Source of the DNA: Carpediemonas membranifera BICM
Lineage: Eukaryota; Protista; Fornicata
Direction of reading: 5' to 3'
DNA: 64,000 bases
NCBI GenBank assembly: GCA_019828565.1
Contig: JAHDYR010000017.1
Coordinates: 124,001 to 188,000, forward strand
Shown: positions 32,180-41,286 of the stretch, piece by piece
Position numbering within the stretch: position 1 is the first letter of the stretch
Layout of the letters: every line of letters starts with the position of its first letter
The notes under the pieces: generated by a model
What the model was told of the DNA's origin: nothing
Database searches by the model: none
What the model saw: only the letters and a program-made list of their open reading frames with translations
Position numbers and translations under genes: made by a program

Positions 32180-32884
32180 CTACGGCAGTGCCGCAAGCAG
32201 ACCTCGCGGCGGTGGCCGGCCCGAGTGTCTCCGGCCATGGCGAGACACTGTTGACACGAAGTAGCAGGCAGACCCAAGCCGCAGTGTCGAGGCAGCAATC
32301 ACCTCAGTAGTGTCTACCCTAGGATGGGTGGCTATGACTGCTGCCGGCTGGTCGGGGCCTGCTGCGGTCACTTCAAGAGAGACGTTGTTGCTGGAGTCAC
32401 GTTTGAAGCTGAAATGGGCTGGGATTGCCTTCCCATCAGCGAGAGCGAATCCAGTGGCAGTGAGTATCATCTGGGGCTTGACTGTATCGGCCTTGGACGA
32501 GTCAGTCTCCTTAAACTGCGGCTGGAAGACAAAGTCTATAGCGTCATCTTCGGGACCAAGGTCCACCAGAGAGTCGACCTCCAGGCGAACCGACCCGGTT
32601 GCGCTGCCCTCGATGACCCCGATGGCTGTGGTAACACCAGCTGCCGAGGCAGAGGCTGAGAACGGGCCTGTGTGCGCCGTATGGTCCTGAAAGGAGAAGT
32701 CCTGCTGGAAGAAATCGTTGGTAGAGGACCCACTTGGCGGATTGATAGCGCATTGGGCAGCGTTTGGGCACTGGGCGCATGACGTAGCACATGCGGCAAT
32801 AGTACTGGCACCTGAGGGAATAAACGACGATGCTATGTTAAGTGATAGGTCTTTTGCAATTGATGTGACGAGTTCTCTGCTCAT
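32180..32884 (-). CDS. hypothetical protein with a short Cys-rich segment
   Basis: 234-aa ATG ORF, CATSCAQCPNAAQC. Confidence 0.5.
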   Translation of the reverse strand: MSRELVTSIAKDLSLNIASSFIPSGASTIAACATSCAQCPNAAQCAINPPSGSSTNDFFQQDFSFQDHTAHTGPFSASASAAGVTTAIGVIEGSATGSVRLEVDSLVDLGPEDDAIDFVFQPQFKETDSSKADTVKPQMILTATGFALADGKAIPAHFSFKRDSSNNVSLEVTAAGPDQPAAVIATHPRVDTTEVIAASTLRLGSACYFVSTVSRHGRRHSGRPPPRGLLAALP

Positions 32885-32949
32885 TGGGGCTCAGGAGGCT
32901 CACATTCGCACACACGTTCGCTCAATACGCGAGTTAAGAACTGGCCTAA

Positions 32950-33220
32950 TGTGGTATTTTTTAGAGGGTTTATGGGCTCAATTTATCTCACGTAAACAGC
33001 TGGCTCAGGCCGACAGCTCAACTGGAAGTAGCTCCAGTGGACTGAACAGTCCCAGCTTGACACTCCACTTGTCATACACATTTATGTGGAGGATTCATGT
33101 AAAGGTGACTTAAGCTGTCGACCCCCCTGGGATGAACTCCAGAGGACTGAACAGGTTCAGTCTGACGGCCCACCTGTCGTACACAGTTTAGACTCAACAA
33201 TTCTAATCCTGCGCAGCACA
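32950..33220 (+). mobile_element. gene-less mini-element (left-terminal-unit type of element 2), 5-bp TSD CCTAA
   Basis: CCTAA at 32945-32949 and 33221-33225; TGTGGT...AGCACA termini. Homologous to 14683-14842 plus an extra 112-bp module (32975-33086) bounded by TTTATG. Confidence 0.92.
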
Positions 33221-33312
33221 CCTAAAGCTGGCTTTACGTAAATCCTCCTAGTCAACGATCAGCCCTACAGGCTAGCGTGATGTGCGAGGAGCGAGAAGGG
33301 TCCCGCTGGCAC

Positions 33313-33690
33313 TTAATGGGCGGGGTTGGGCGGGCACTGCCCGCTCGCCTTGCGGAGGACCTTGAGGTTGCCCTTTGCAAGGCCTGCGGCGATGTTGAAG
33401 ACGAGGTGGTCGAGGGGCCACGGGGTCGAGGAGTCGCCGGCCATGGTGGACTTGCCGGCGTGGTTGCGGATCTCGTTGAGGAGCTGGAACAACTTCTCGC
33501 CAACCTCACCTGAGGCGGATATGACAAACGGGCGGAAGCTGTGGTCTTTGAAGTTGGCAGCGGCGTACTTCCCGATCTTCCTCTCCTCCTTGGCTCCGCA
33601 CCCGCCTGGGATGGCGCAGACCGCAACATCTATGGCGACTAGGGGGCCGCCAGGTGTGCGTCTGAAGGTTAGGTATGTATGGAAAGCTGG
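33313..33690 (-). mobile_element. 5'-truncated non-LTR retrotransposon fragment: restriction-like endonuclease (RLE) domain, CRE/R2-superclade type
   Basis: Hand translation, frame absent from the ORF track: YLTFRRTPGGPLVAIDVAVCAIPGGCGAKEERKIGKYAAANFKDHSFRPFVISASGEVGEKLFQLL...FNIAAGLAKGNLKVL; fits the IDV / K..KY / F.PF...G..G / L.KGN pattern; stop 33313-33315. Confidence 0.65.
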
Positions 33691-33831
33691 CCAGATTCTC
33701 AGGGCTTGCTGGCCACTTAGAGTGCATACGGGTTAATTTCTCCTCAGTCGCCCCACATCATTCCATTATAATCAGGAAGAATTGACTTGACTCCAATGAT
33801 GCTTTCATTTTCTCGCAGGTCAGGTTGCAAA

Positions 33832-34956
33832 ATGGACCGTTTCTTGCCGGCGGTTTCATTTGGCTCCCAATTCACATCATACAACGATATGATACTGGAT
33901 AGTGCGTCAGTAGCAGCGAGTTCGTTCGCTGAACTATCGCTCCAAGCTCCTCGTAGCTTTTGTGAGAATTTGCCCTTTGACCTTCATTTTGAAGAACAAA
34001 TGAAGTATGCACAGTCTTACACTGAGCATCAGCAGCATTTTGGTGATGAATGCTGCAAGGCAAAAACTTGTGGTGAATCTTTCCCGATCCCACCTCGGCG
34101 CAGGTTACCCCGCTATTCCACCCTGGGAGCCGCGCTAAACCTTATAAGGGATGCACGGCATGTTATCGTGTTGACCGGCGCTGGTATTTCCGTCTCCGCC
34201 GGCGTTCCCGACTTTAGGAGCTCCAACGGCCTGTACGAGACTGTCCGGGATGAGTACCCCAACCTGGAGGACCCCCAGCAGCTCTTCGACCTCGAGTACT
34301 TCAAGCAGGACCCATCTCTCTTCTATTCCTTCGCCCACCGCATCATCCCCGACCGCCGCACCCGCCCCTCTCTCGCCCACTGGTTCATCGCACACATGCA
34401 GCGCCGGGGACAACTACTGAGAAACTACACTCAGAACATCGACGGGCTCGAGCGCCAGGCCGGTATTCAGCGTGTCATTCAGTGCCACGGCAACTTTGAC
34501 CGGAACATCTGCGTGGGATGCGGCCAGGAGTGTTTGGACGACGAGTACGTCGCCGCATGCATCGAGAACCGCAGGGTGCCCTTCTGCTCCCACTGCAACA
34601 ACCCCATCAAGCCAGACATCGTCTTCTTTGGTGGTGGACTCAACCAGCAGTTTGACGACAACATCGACCTCGATCTCTCCAAGGCCGACCTCCTCATCGT
34701 CATGGGCACTTCCCTACAGGTCCAACCAGTCTGCAACATTGTCCGGGAAATCCCCGCCCACGTTCCTCAGATCCTCATCAACCGCGAGTCGGTAGGTCAG
34801 GACGGACACCAGTTTGATCTCCAGCTACTGGGCGATTGTGACACGGTCGTGCTCCAGATGGCCCAGATGCTCGGCTGGATGCACACCAGCGGCGAGTGTG
34901 CGGGTCTCAGGAAGATGGGCGAGGGCGTCTACCGCTCGGCACCCTACCAGGAATGA
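33832..34956 (+). CDS. Sir2-family NAD-dependent deacetylase (class I)
   Basis: GAGISVSAGVPDFRS, YTQNIDGLE, QCHG, CxxC..CxxC, KPDIVFFG, GTSLQV. Confidence 0.95.
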   Translation: MDRFLPAVSFGSQFTSYNDMILDSASVAASSFAELSLQAPRSFCENLPFDLHFEEQMKYAQSYTEHQQHFGDECCKAKTCGESFPIPPRRRLPRYSTLGAALNLIRDARHVIVLTGAGISVSAGVPDFRSSNGLYETVRDEYPNLEDPQQLFDLEYFKQDPSLFYSFAHRIIPDRRTRPSLAHWFIAHMQRRGQLLRNYTQNIDGLERQAGIQRVIQCHGNFDRNICVGCGQECLDDEYVAACIENRRVPFCSHCNNPIKPDIVFFGGGLNQQFDDNIDLDLSKADLLIVMGTSLQVQPVCNIVREIPAHVPQILINRESVGQDGHQFDLQLLGDCDTVVLQMAQMLGWMHTSGECAGLRKMGEGVYRSAPYQE

Positions 34957-35110
34957 TCAGCAGTTACACTGGCCTTTCATTAACTTGACGGGCCAGATGT
35001 TATGTATATATTAGGCAAAACCAAACTAACAAACAACTAATAACTTTAACAACACACAACATCGCTATTTAAATAAGCAACACCGGTGATGTTTACGCGA
35101 TACCTTAAAC

Positions 35111-36721
35111 TCAACACGATCCGTCACCCAGCTTGACTTGACTGACTGTACTCGCCCGCACCGGCACTACAGGCTCGAGCGCCATCATACGCCTCATCCC
35201 GTAGTCCGAGTGGAGCAAACCCGCCTCCCCCAACCTCACCAGCAGCTGGAACCTCTTATCCTTTCCCAAGTCAGCCTCGCTGTACCCCCGCAGCTCCGGG
35301 AGTCGGTGAGAGTGCTGCCAGTCCATCTCCTTCCTCCACCCACCGGCCCCCCAACCCTGGCCCTGGGAGGCGAAGGTCCCTTTCATGGCACGGTCACGGT
35401 CTGCTTTCACGTCAGGGGCCACGGTGGCTGCGAGTTTGGCCAGTCTTGCCTCAGCCTCCGCCTTGGCTTTAGCTTGGGCAGATGCCTCTCGACGCCGTTC
35501 TTCGACTCGAGCCGAGTCAATGCGACTCCTGTCAGCGACTCGGGCCTTTGCCTTCTTCAACTCCGCGGCGAGTTTCTCCTCTTGTTCGAATTTGGCCCTC
35601 TCCTCTTCAGCCGCGGCTGCTCGGTGCTCGGCGTCCTTTGCCTCGTGATACTCTTGGATCTTCGCTGCGTCTTCGGCCCTCCGAGCTGCTTCCCTGATCG
35701 CCTTAACCTCGGCTTCGTATTGTGCCAGCATCTCCTGCCGCTCAGCTTCTTGCTGCTCAAGCTCGGCCCGAAGTTCGGCCTCTTTCTTCAAGGTCTCGAG
35801 ACGCCGCTTGGAATCGTTTGCTCTCTCCTGAAGCACAGCTGCTTCTTCCAGTGATTGTGCCTTCGAGGTGACCTCAGCCTGCATTTTAAGGATGAGAGAA
35901 CAGACAGATGATTGAATCAAAGAGTATTCCCGCATAAAGTCGCTGCTGATCGAGTAGAATCTATCGACCGCTGCTAAATCAGATTTGATGATCTCAATGA
36001 CAGAAGACACTGCCGAGGGTTTGATTCGAAGTAACGAGGATGCGAACTTCGCGAATTCAACCTCGCTACACCTTCCCCGCCCAGTTCTGAGTGACTTATA
36101 AGCCTCGCAGAAAGCTAGCACCACTGGTGCCGGCCATTTCACCCCGAGCAAGGCGGCGGGGGTCAGTGTGTCCAGGGCCATCGCCACCTGCTCGACCGGC
36201 TGGGCGATAGGACCAGTGATCCGGGTAGTGACCTTGTCTATATCTGCAGTGAATGTTTGGCTGAGCGTTGCCCATTGGCTGGCGATTGCTGCTGCTCGAG
36301 GGTCGGACGAAATTTCAGCAGGAACTGGATCAGCTGGAAGCAGGTCGGAGAGGATAGCGGGCAGCGCGGTTATAACTGGTATGAGGATGCGTGGGACGCG
36401 GTTTGCTGGCTGCTGCACGACTTGCTTCTGGACATTTTGCCTGATTGCTTCGTTGGAGACAAGAAGTAAGGCTCGTTCGGGATCGTTCTTGGCTTTGTCT
36501 GCTGTTGCGGCATTGATTGCAGCTCTTAAAACCGATCTATCAGACAGAGAAGTCTTTGGCGCCAGCAGGAGGGAGCTAAAAATCATCTTCATCACAGCTG
36601 GCGTAAGAACCTTGTCCTTGGGCATAACCTTCATCAATTCGGCATATGTGTCGTCAATATCCTTCAGAAGATCGCGAGTAACCCCCACATCCACCTTTAC
36701 CTTCGGCAGGGACCGAGACAT
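35111..36721 (-). CDS. CCDC148-like coiled-coil protein
   Basis: Charged coiled coil followed by LAATVAP.V.AD..R, GYS...L..DKRF.L...L.EAGL.HSDY. Confidence 0.65.
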   Translation of the reverse strand: MSRSLPKVKVDVGVTRDLLKDIDDTYAELMKVMPKDKVLTPAVMKMIFSSLLLAPKTSLSDRSVLRAAINAATADKAKNDPERALLLVSNEAIRQNVQKQVVQQPANRVPRILIPVITALPAILSDLLPADPVPAEISSDPRAAAIASQWATLSQTFTADIDKVTTRITGPIAQPVEQVAMALDTLTPAALLGVKWPAPVVLAFCEAYKSLRTGRGRCSEVEFAKFASSLLRIKPSAVSSVIEIIKSDLAAVDRFYSISSDFMREYSLIQSSVCSLILKMQAEVTSKAQSLEEAAVLQERANDSKRRLETLKKEAELRAELEQQEAERQEMLAQYEAEVKAIREAARRAEDAAKIQEYHEAKDAEHRAAAAEEERAKFEQEEKLAAELKKAKARVADRSRIDSARVEERRREASAQAKAKAEAEARLAKLAATVAPDVKADRDRAMKGTFASQGQGWGAGGWRKEMDWQHSHRLPELRGYSEADLGKDKRFQLLVRLGEAGLLHSDYGMRRMMALEPVVPVRASTVSQVKLGDGSC

Positions 36722-36997
36722 TGCACTGCTCGATGAAGAGTCGGCGGCAACCCATCAAGTCGAGAGCATCGGTTAGGTGGTGTCGTGGGTCCCGAGCTGG
36801 CCGGAAGCCTTTGGGTGGTCTGGGTGAGTAGGGCTCTCAGCTCAAACGACGAGTGAGGCCACTGAACTAATGGGTTCGTGAAGGACTTCTATTCATTCGC
36901 CCATCGTGCCTGTCTGTGTTGAGAGTGATCACGACTCCAGCTGGGCCCGGCAACGTGGTCTGGGCGATCTAGTGTGCAGGTTAAGACGAGCGAATTG

Positions 36998-37789
36998 ATG
37001 GCAGATCTGGAACTGCAAGAGGATGAGCTTGACAGCCTTCAGTATATCATCACTGATATTGAAATCAAGCGAAAGTACACAGATGCTGGAGAAACTTTCT
37101 GTGTAGTCCCTTTTTCGGCGCTAAACGATGTCGTCAGCCTGGAAATCACGCTTCCGCTGTCATATCCGACTGAACAGCCCGTGATCGTAGTTCCAGAGTG
37201 TCAGATAGGACCTCTGGGTTTCGATCAGAAGAAAGCAGCGAAGAAGCAGCCAAAGCTTCTTGCAGTAGCCCAGAGAGCCATCGACGACGCTGTCAACCTC
37301 TTCACTCCCGGCCTTGGCATGATATACGATGTTTATAGCAGCGTACAAGTTGTAGTCGAGCAATTTATCGAGAATTCCAAGCAACCTAAGTCCACAAAGC
37401 CCAAGATCCAAGCACCCACCAGGGAGCTCGAGATCAGGCAATCTGATCCGATAGTGGTCATGAAGTCGAAGTTCATAGCCTTTTCATGCCGTGTATACAG
37501 CCCCAGTGACTTTACCGCCTTCTGGGATGCCATCACGACTCAGCCGAGACATGCGGATGTCACACATCATATCGCCGCATACATCATGGGCGACGAAAAG
37601 GACTCGTTCTACGATGACGACGGTGAGCATGGCGGATCGATTGGCATGCTTAAAATGCTGCTTGACATGAAAAAGAGGAACCTCGCCATCATTGTTGCTC
37701 GGTGGTACGGAGGGAAGAAGCTAGGGCCGCAGCGGTTTAGAATAATCAATAACATGGCCAAGGAAGCGATACAGCTGTGGGATGACTAA
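36998..37789 (+). CDS. IMPACT/Yih1-family protein (RWD + ancient domain)
   Basis: QEDELDSL, LPLSYP.EQP, KSKFIA, HHIAAY, DDDGE.GG, VARWYGG.KLGPQRF.II. Confidence 0.92.
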   Translation: MADLELQEDELDSLQYIITDIEIKRKYTDAGETFCVVPFSALNDVVSLEITLPLSYPTEQPVIVVPECQIGPLGFDQKKAAKKQPKLLAVAQRAIDDAVNLFTPGLGMIYDVYSSVQVVVEQFIENSKQPKSTKPKIQAPTRELEIRQSDPIVVMKSKFIAFSCRVYSPSDFTAFWDAITTQPRHADVTHHIAAYIMGDEKDSFYDDDGEHGGSIGMLKMLLDMKKRNLAIIVARWYGGKKLGPQRFRIINNMAKEAIQLWDD

Positions 37790-37961
37790 AAAAACGCAGT
37801 TTAGCACAGTCGATGGCGCAGTTTAATACAAGATGAGTCGACTCGAGAACGTCGGAACCAAGGGACCGTGATCGCCCAAGGGTCAGGTCCAGCGCCAGAT
37901 GACCAGTAAGCAACTGAGATAAATGAACTGTATCGCGTGCTGGTCTGGCCGTCATGTACAC

Positions 37962-39995
37962 TTAGCGGTTCTCCATCTCGAGCTTTCTTGCGACGGCTCT
38001 CTTCTGCGGTAGTGCTAGTCGAGCCCCGTTCTGCAGATCCATCATGAACAAGATAGCAGCGAGTGCGAGCGAGATGATGCTCATTCCGACGTAAATCATG
38101 AGGCATAATCTCCAGTTGGAGCTCGCGACCATGCTCAAACCGAACATGGAAACGAAGTAACCAGCGTTAATGAACGAATTGAGTACACCGAAAGACTTTC
38201 CCATGGCCGAAGTTTTCACAGTGAGGGTGAAAGCAGAGTAGACGGCCGAGCCGAGCACTGAGGCGCCTATGCCAATGAGGAGGGCCATGAGTGGGGGAGA
38301 GAACGTCGTAAAGATGAGGAGCAGGAAAACAGTGCAGGCCAGAGCACATGATGCGAATGTGAGGGTTACCCTGTGTCCAATCTTCGTTGTGAAAATGACC
38401 CAGAACGGGGTGATAACCATGCCGCCGTAGCAGAAAGAAGTGGCGGTGCTTGCCTCCTCTGATGTGATCCCGTTTCGTCCCATGAATATCACCGCGGCAA
38501 CGGACGGGAAAGTGTAGAACAAGATGTACACCACCGTTGCTTCCATCACCTGCACCCAGAAGAACGGCGAGGCGAACGGGGACGAAGTGAACTTGGTCTT
38601 GAGTGCAATGGCCACCTTATCCTCTGCCTCGCTGTCACTGCCGTCGCCGCTCCCCACAATTTGCTCCATGAGTGCTGTCATTAGGGATAGCCCAAACGGC
38701 ATGGCATCATCGCTGGAAATACCAGAATCTGATTCGGAGTCACTTTCATCCAAGCCACGGCCGGGGGAACGCTGGGCGGCTTCCCCCTTCCCGCCAGGAC
38801 TCACAGGCTCGATGGGCACGGTCTCGAAGCTCGCGTCGCCAAGAGGTCTGGCATACTCGTTCATAAAAGAGCCCTCGTCCTGACCGAGTGGCTCCTGCTC
38901 AACCACGCCAGTGCCGTCTCCCCTAGTCGCGACCTCGAGGCGGGACTCCATGGTCTCAGTGAAAATGTACTCGGCGGCGTTGCTCTCTTCGTCAGTAACA
39001 ACATCAGTGTCAAACGGTGCGGTCAGGCCAGTCGGATTCGACGTATCGGTAGTCATTGTAGGTTCCATGATGATGGGGGCGTCGGCGCTGTTGTTAGTAA
39101 CACGCGGGAGGTCGACCGGCATGTCACCCATCTCGACATCGCTGCGATATTCGGCGGGTGTCTGAGGATACGAAGAAAGGTAGAGATAGTCATCATCCTC
39201 CTCCTCTACGGCGTACTCCTCCACCCGGACGGGAATGGAGCCGGCAGTAATAACCACTGATACTTGGCCAGTGGTTTTCATGCATCGTTTCTTCTTCCTC
39301 GTGTCACTGGCGTGGAGGGCAACAATGAGGATGACAATGGCACTGATAGGCATGGAAATGACACCAGTAAGCACGGTAGCAGTGCCTAGGCCGTACTTAC
39401 CAGCGACGGCAGAGTTAAGAAGGAAGACGGAGGTCGACCCGATCTTACCGAATGAAATGCCGAGGGAGAGGGTCAACGAGACGAGTGGGCCGAAGACCTT
39501 GACGTGCAGGACGTCATGGGATGTGTAGATGGACTGGCCGCCCAGCGATAGTACCACACGACTTAGGAAGACGAGTGCGAAGGCTGCGGTCGCCGAGGAC
39601 GGAAGGCCGCTGAGGCCGGCGACGGCCATGGCGATGATGATGAAGGCGGTAGATGCGATGTACAGCTTGGAGCCGCCCCACTTGTCGACCATGATGCCGA
39701 ATAGGTAGGGTAGGAAGGTGTTTGGCATGCTGAACAAACTACTGAGTATTGATATCTGCAGCGCGGACATGTTGTAGGTCTCACGATAGTATGGAGACAG
39801 AGAGTAGAATGAATCATTGGCAAAGCTCGCCAGGAAGTCTTGGGCGCAGAACAGGACGAGGAATACCCATATTCTTATGTGCCGCCTGAAATGAAGCGGG
39901 TTCAATCGGTTGAGGAGTTTTAGGGTGGAAAGGGCTTCTTTTCGCGATCTTCTGGCATGCTTATGCGGCTTGAGCTTTGTTTTGCGGCTTGGCAT
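37962..39995 (-). CDS. MFS transporter with a long acidic central loop
   Basis: 6+6 TM segments, FGIMVDKWG motif A, SRVVLSLGG. Confidence 0.85.
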   Translation of the reverse strand: MPSRKTKLKPHKHARRSRKEALSTLKLLNRLNPLHFRRHIRIWVFLVLFCAQDFLASFANDSFYSLSPYYRETYNMSALQISILSSLFSMPNTFLPYLFGIMVDKWGGSKLYIASTAFIIIAMAVAGLSGLPSSATAAFALVFLSRVVLSLGGQSIYTSHDVLHVKVFGPLVSLTLSLGISFGKIGSTSVFLLNSAVAGKYGLGTATVLTGVISMPISAIVILIVALHASDTRKKKRCMKTTGQVSVVITAGSIPVRVEEYAVEEEDDDYLYLSSYPQTPAEYRSDVEMGDMPVDLPRVTNNSADAPIIMEPTMTTDTSNPTGLTAPFDTDVVTDEESNAAEYIFTETMESRLEVATRGDGTGVVEQEPLGQDEGSFMNEYARPLGDASFETVPIEPVSPGGKGEAAQRSPGRGLDESDSESDSGISSDDAMPFGLSLMTALMEQIVGSGDGSDSEAEDKVAIALKTKFTSSPFASPFFWVQVMEATVVYILFYTFPSVAAVIFMGRNGITSEEASTATSFCYGGMVITPFWVIFTTKIGHRVTLTFASCALACTVFLLLIFTTFSPPLMALLIGIGASVLGSAVYSAFTLTVKTSAMGKSFGVLNSFINAGYFVSMFGLSMVASSNWRLCLMIYVGMSIISLALAAILFMMDLQNGARLALPQKRAVARKLEMENR

Positions 39996-40567
39996 CGTTT
40001 CGTTGTCAAGTTCATCGACTCTGATTTGGCGACACCAACGTGTCAACACCTTGGCTCAACGCATAACTCATGCTGTGCGCTGTGGCCTCGGGGCATTGTT
40101 GGAGAGGTCTCGACTCAAGCGATTAAGACCAATCAAAGGCGATATTTGATCGGCCACCAAGCATGGGCTTGATCCAGAAGGCCCCAAAGACTCTTGATGC
40201 CCAATCAGTTCTATCAACTGTGCCTTCAGATGTCCAGTTGGTAGTGGAAGCTCCTCAAAACCTCCAGATGGTGGACTTGCTTCGTGTTTTCCGACTCTAC
40301 CGTGAAACCCAGGAGCTGGAGAACCAAATGGTGGGAATCGTGCCGCCATCCGATTACTGAGAGCAATAGCGATCGTTGAAGCAGAAAGCTCATCATTCCG
40401 TGCTTGCAAGTGTCATGAGCTTCCACCGCACGACCGCCGCACACGATGCACACAAGGCCTCCCCCCATCCCCATCCCCATGCGCTACGAACGAACCACTG
40501 CTCTGTGATACGGCCCGGTTCCATCTGCAGTACTAGTCTGTTATGCGGACCCTCGTCTCTCACAACG

Positions 40568-41236
40568 ATGAAGCTTTCAACCTGGCCAGTACTACTGACT
40601 GCAGCCTCACTGTGTCTCTGCACAGTGACATTCACAGTTCCAGAAGCCTATGACATTATCCCATGCGGCGATGCCGTCCCCATTGAGTACAGCATATCTG
40701 ACGCAAGCTCAGTGCCCAACGACACACTGCTGACGTACAAACTGGTACGCCTCGATGAAGAGGAGACCCACCACATGCGGGACGTGGCCCTTGTTGGCGA
40801 CTGCACATTGCTCGCTGACGCCGACAAGTATCTGTGCGCCGCTCTCATACCAATCCGATGTGTCGAGAGGCACAGCAGTGCTGACACCCCCCCGCAAGAT
40901 GTGGGCGATATCAACCCCGGCGTGTACTACGTTGAGCTCTCCGCCGTCACTGCAGACGTCGACGGTGTCTCCTATCCATTCACAGTCGTCTCGAGCGGTC
41001 AGTTCTTGAGCGCCGCCCCGTTCATCGTGCTAATACTGCTACTGGCTGCAATATTCGCAACACTCCACAACATCTGCGTCTGCTCAGCCTGTGCGGGCGT
41101 CAGCTTCGTGCTCGGTTTCCTCAAGGGTCGTGCCAAGCCACACCAAGTATCCGGATTTGTCCCGATGGCTAGAGCGCCAGTGCACCGGCAGTACATGGAG
41201 CATAGGCCGGATGAGACGTTCCATTACCATACATAA
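40568..41236 (+). CDS. type I membrane protein
   Basis: Signal peptide, beta-sandwich-like ectodomain, TM helix. Confidence 0.65.
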   Translation: MKLSTWPVLLTAASLCLCTVTFTVPEAYDIIPCGDAVPIEYSISDASSVPNDTLLTYKLVRLDEEETHHMRDVALVGDCTLLADADKYLCAALIPIRCVERHSSADTPPQDVGDINPGVYYVELSAVTADVDGVSYPFTVVSSGQFLSAAPFIVLILLLAAIFATLHNICVCSACAGVSFVLGFLKGRAKPHQVSGFVPMARAPVHRQYMEHRPDETFHYHT

Positions 41237-41286
41237 ACATACGAGGGCATGTATAACATAAATCAAAGACAGACCGATAAATGAAT

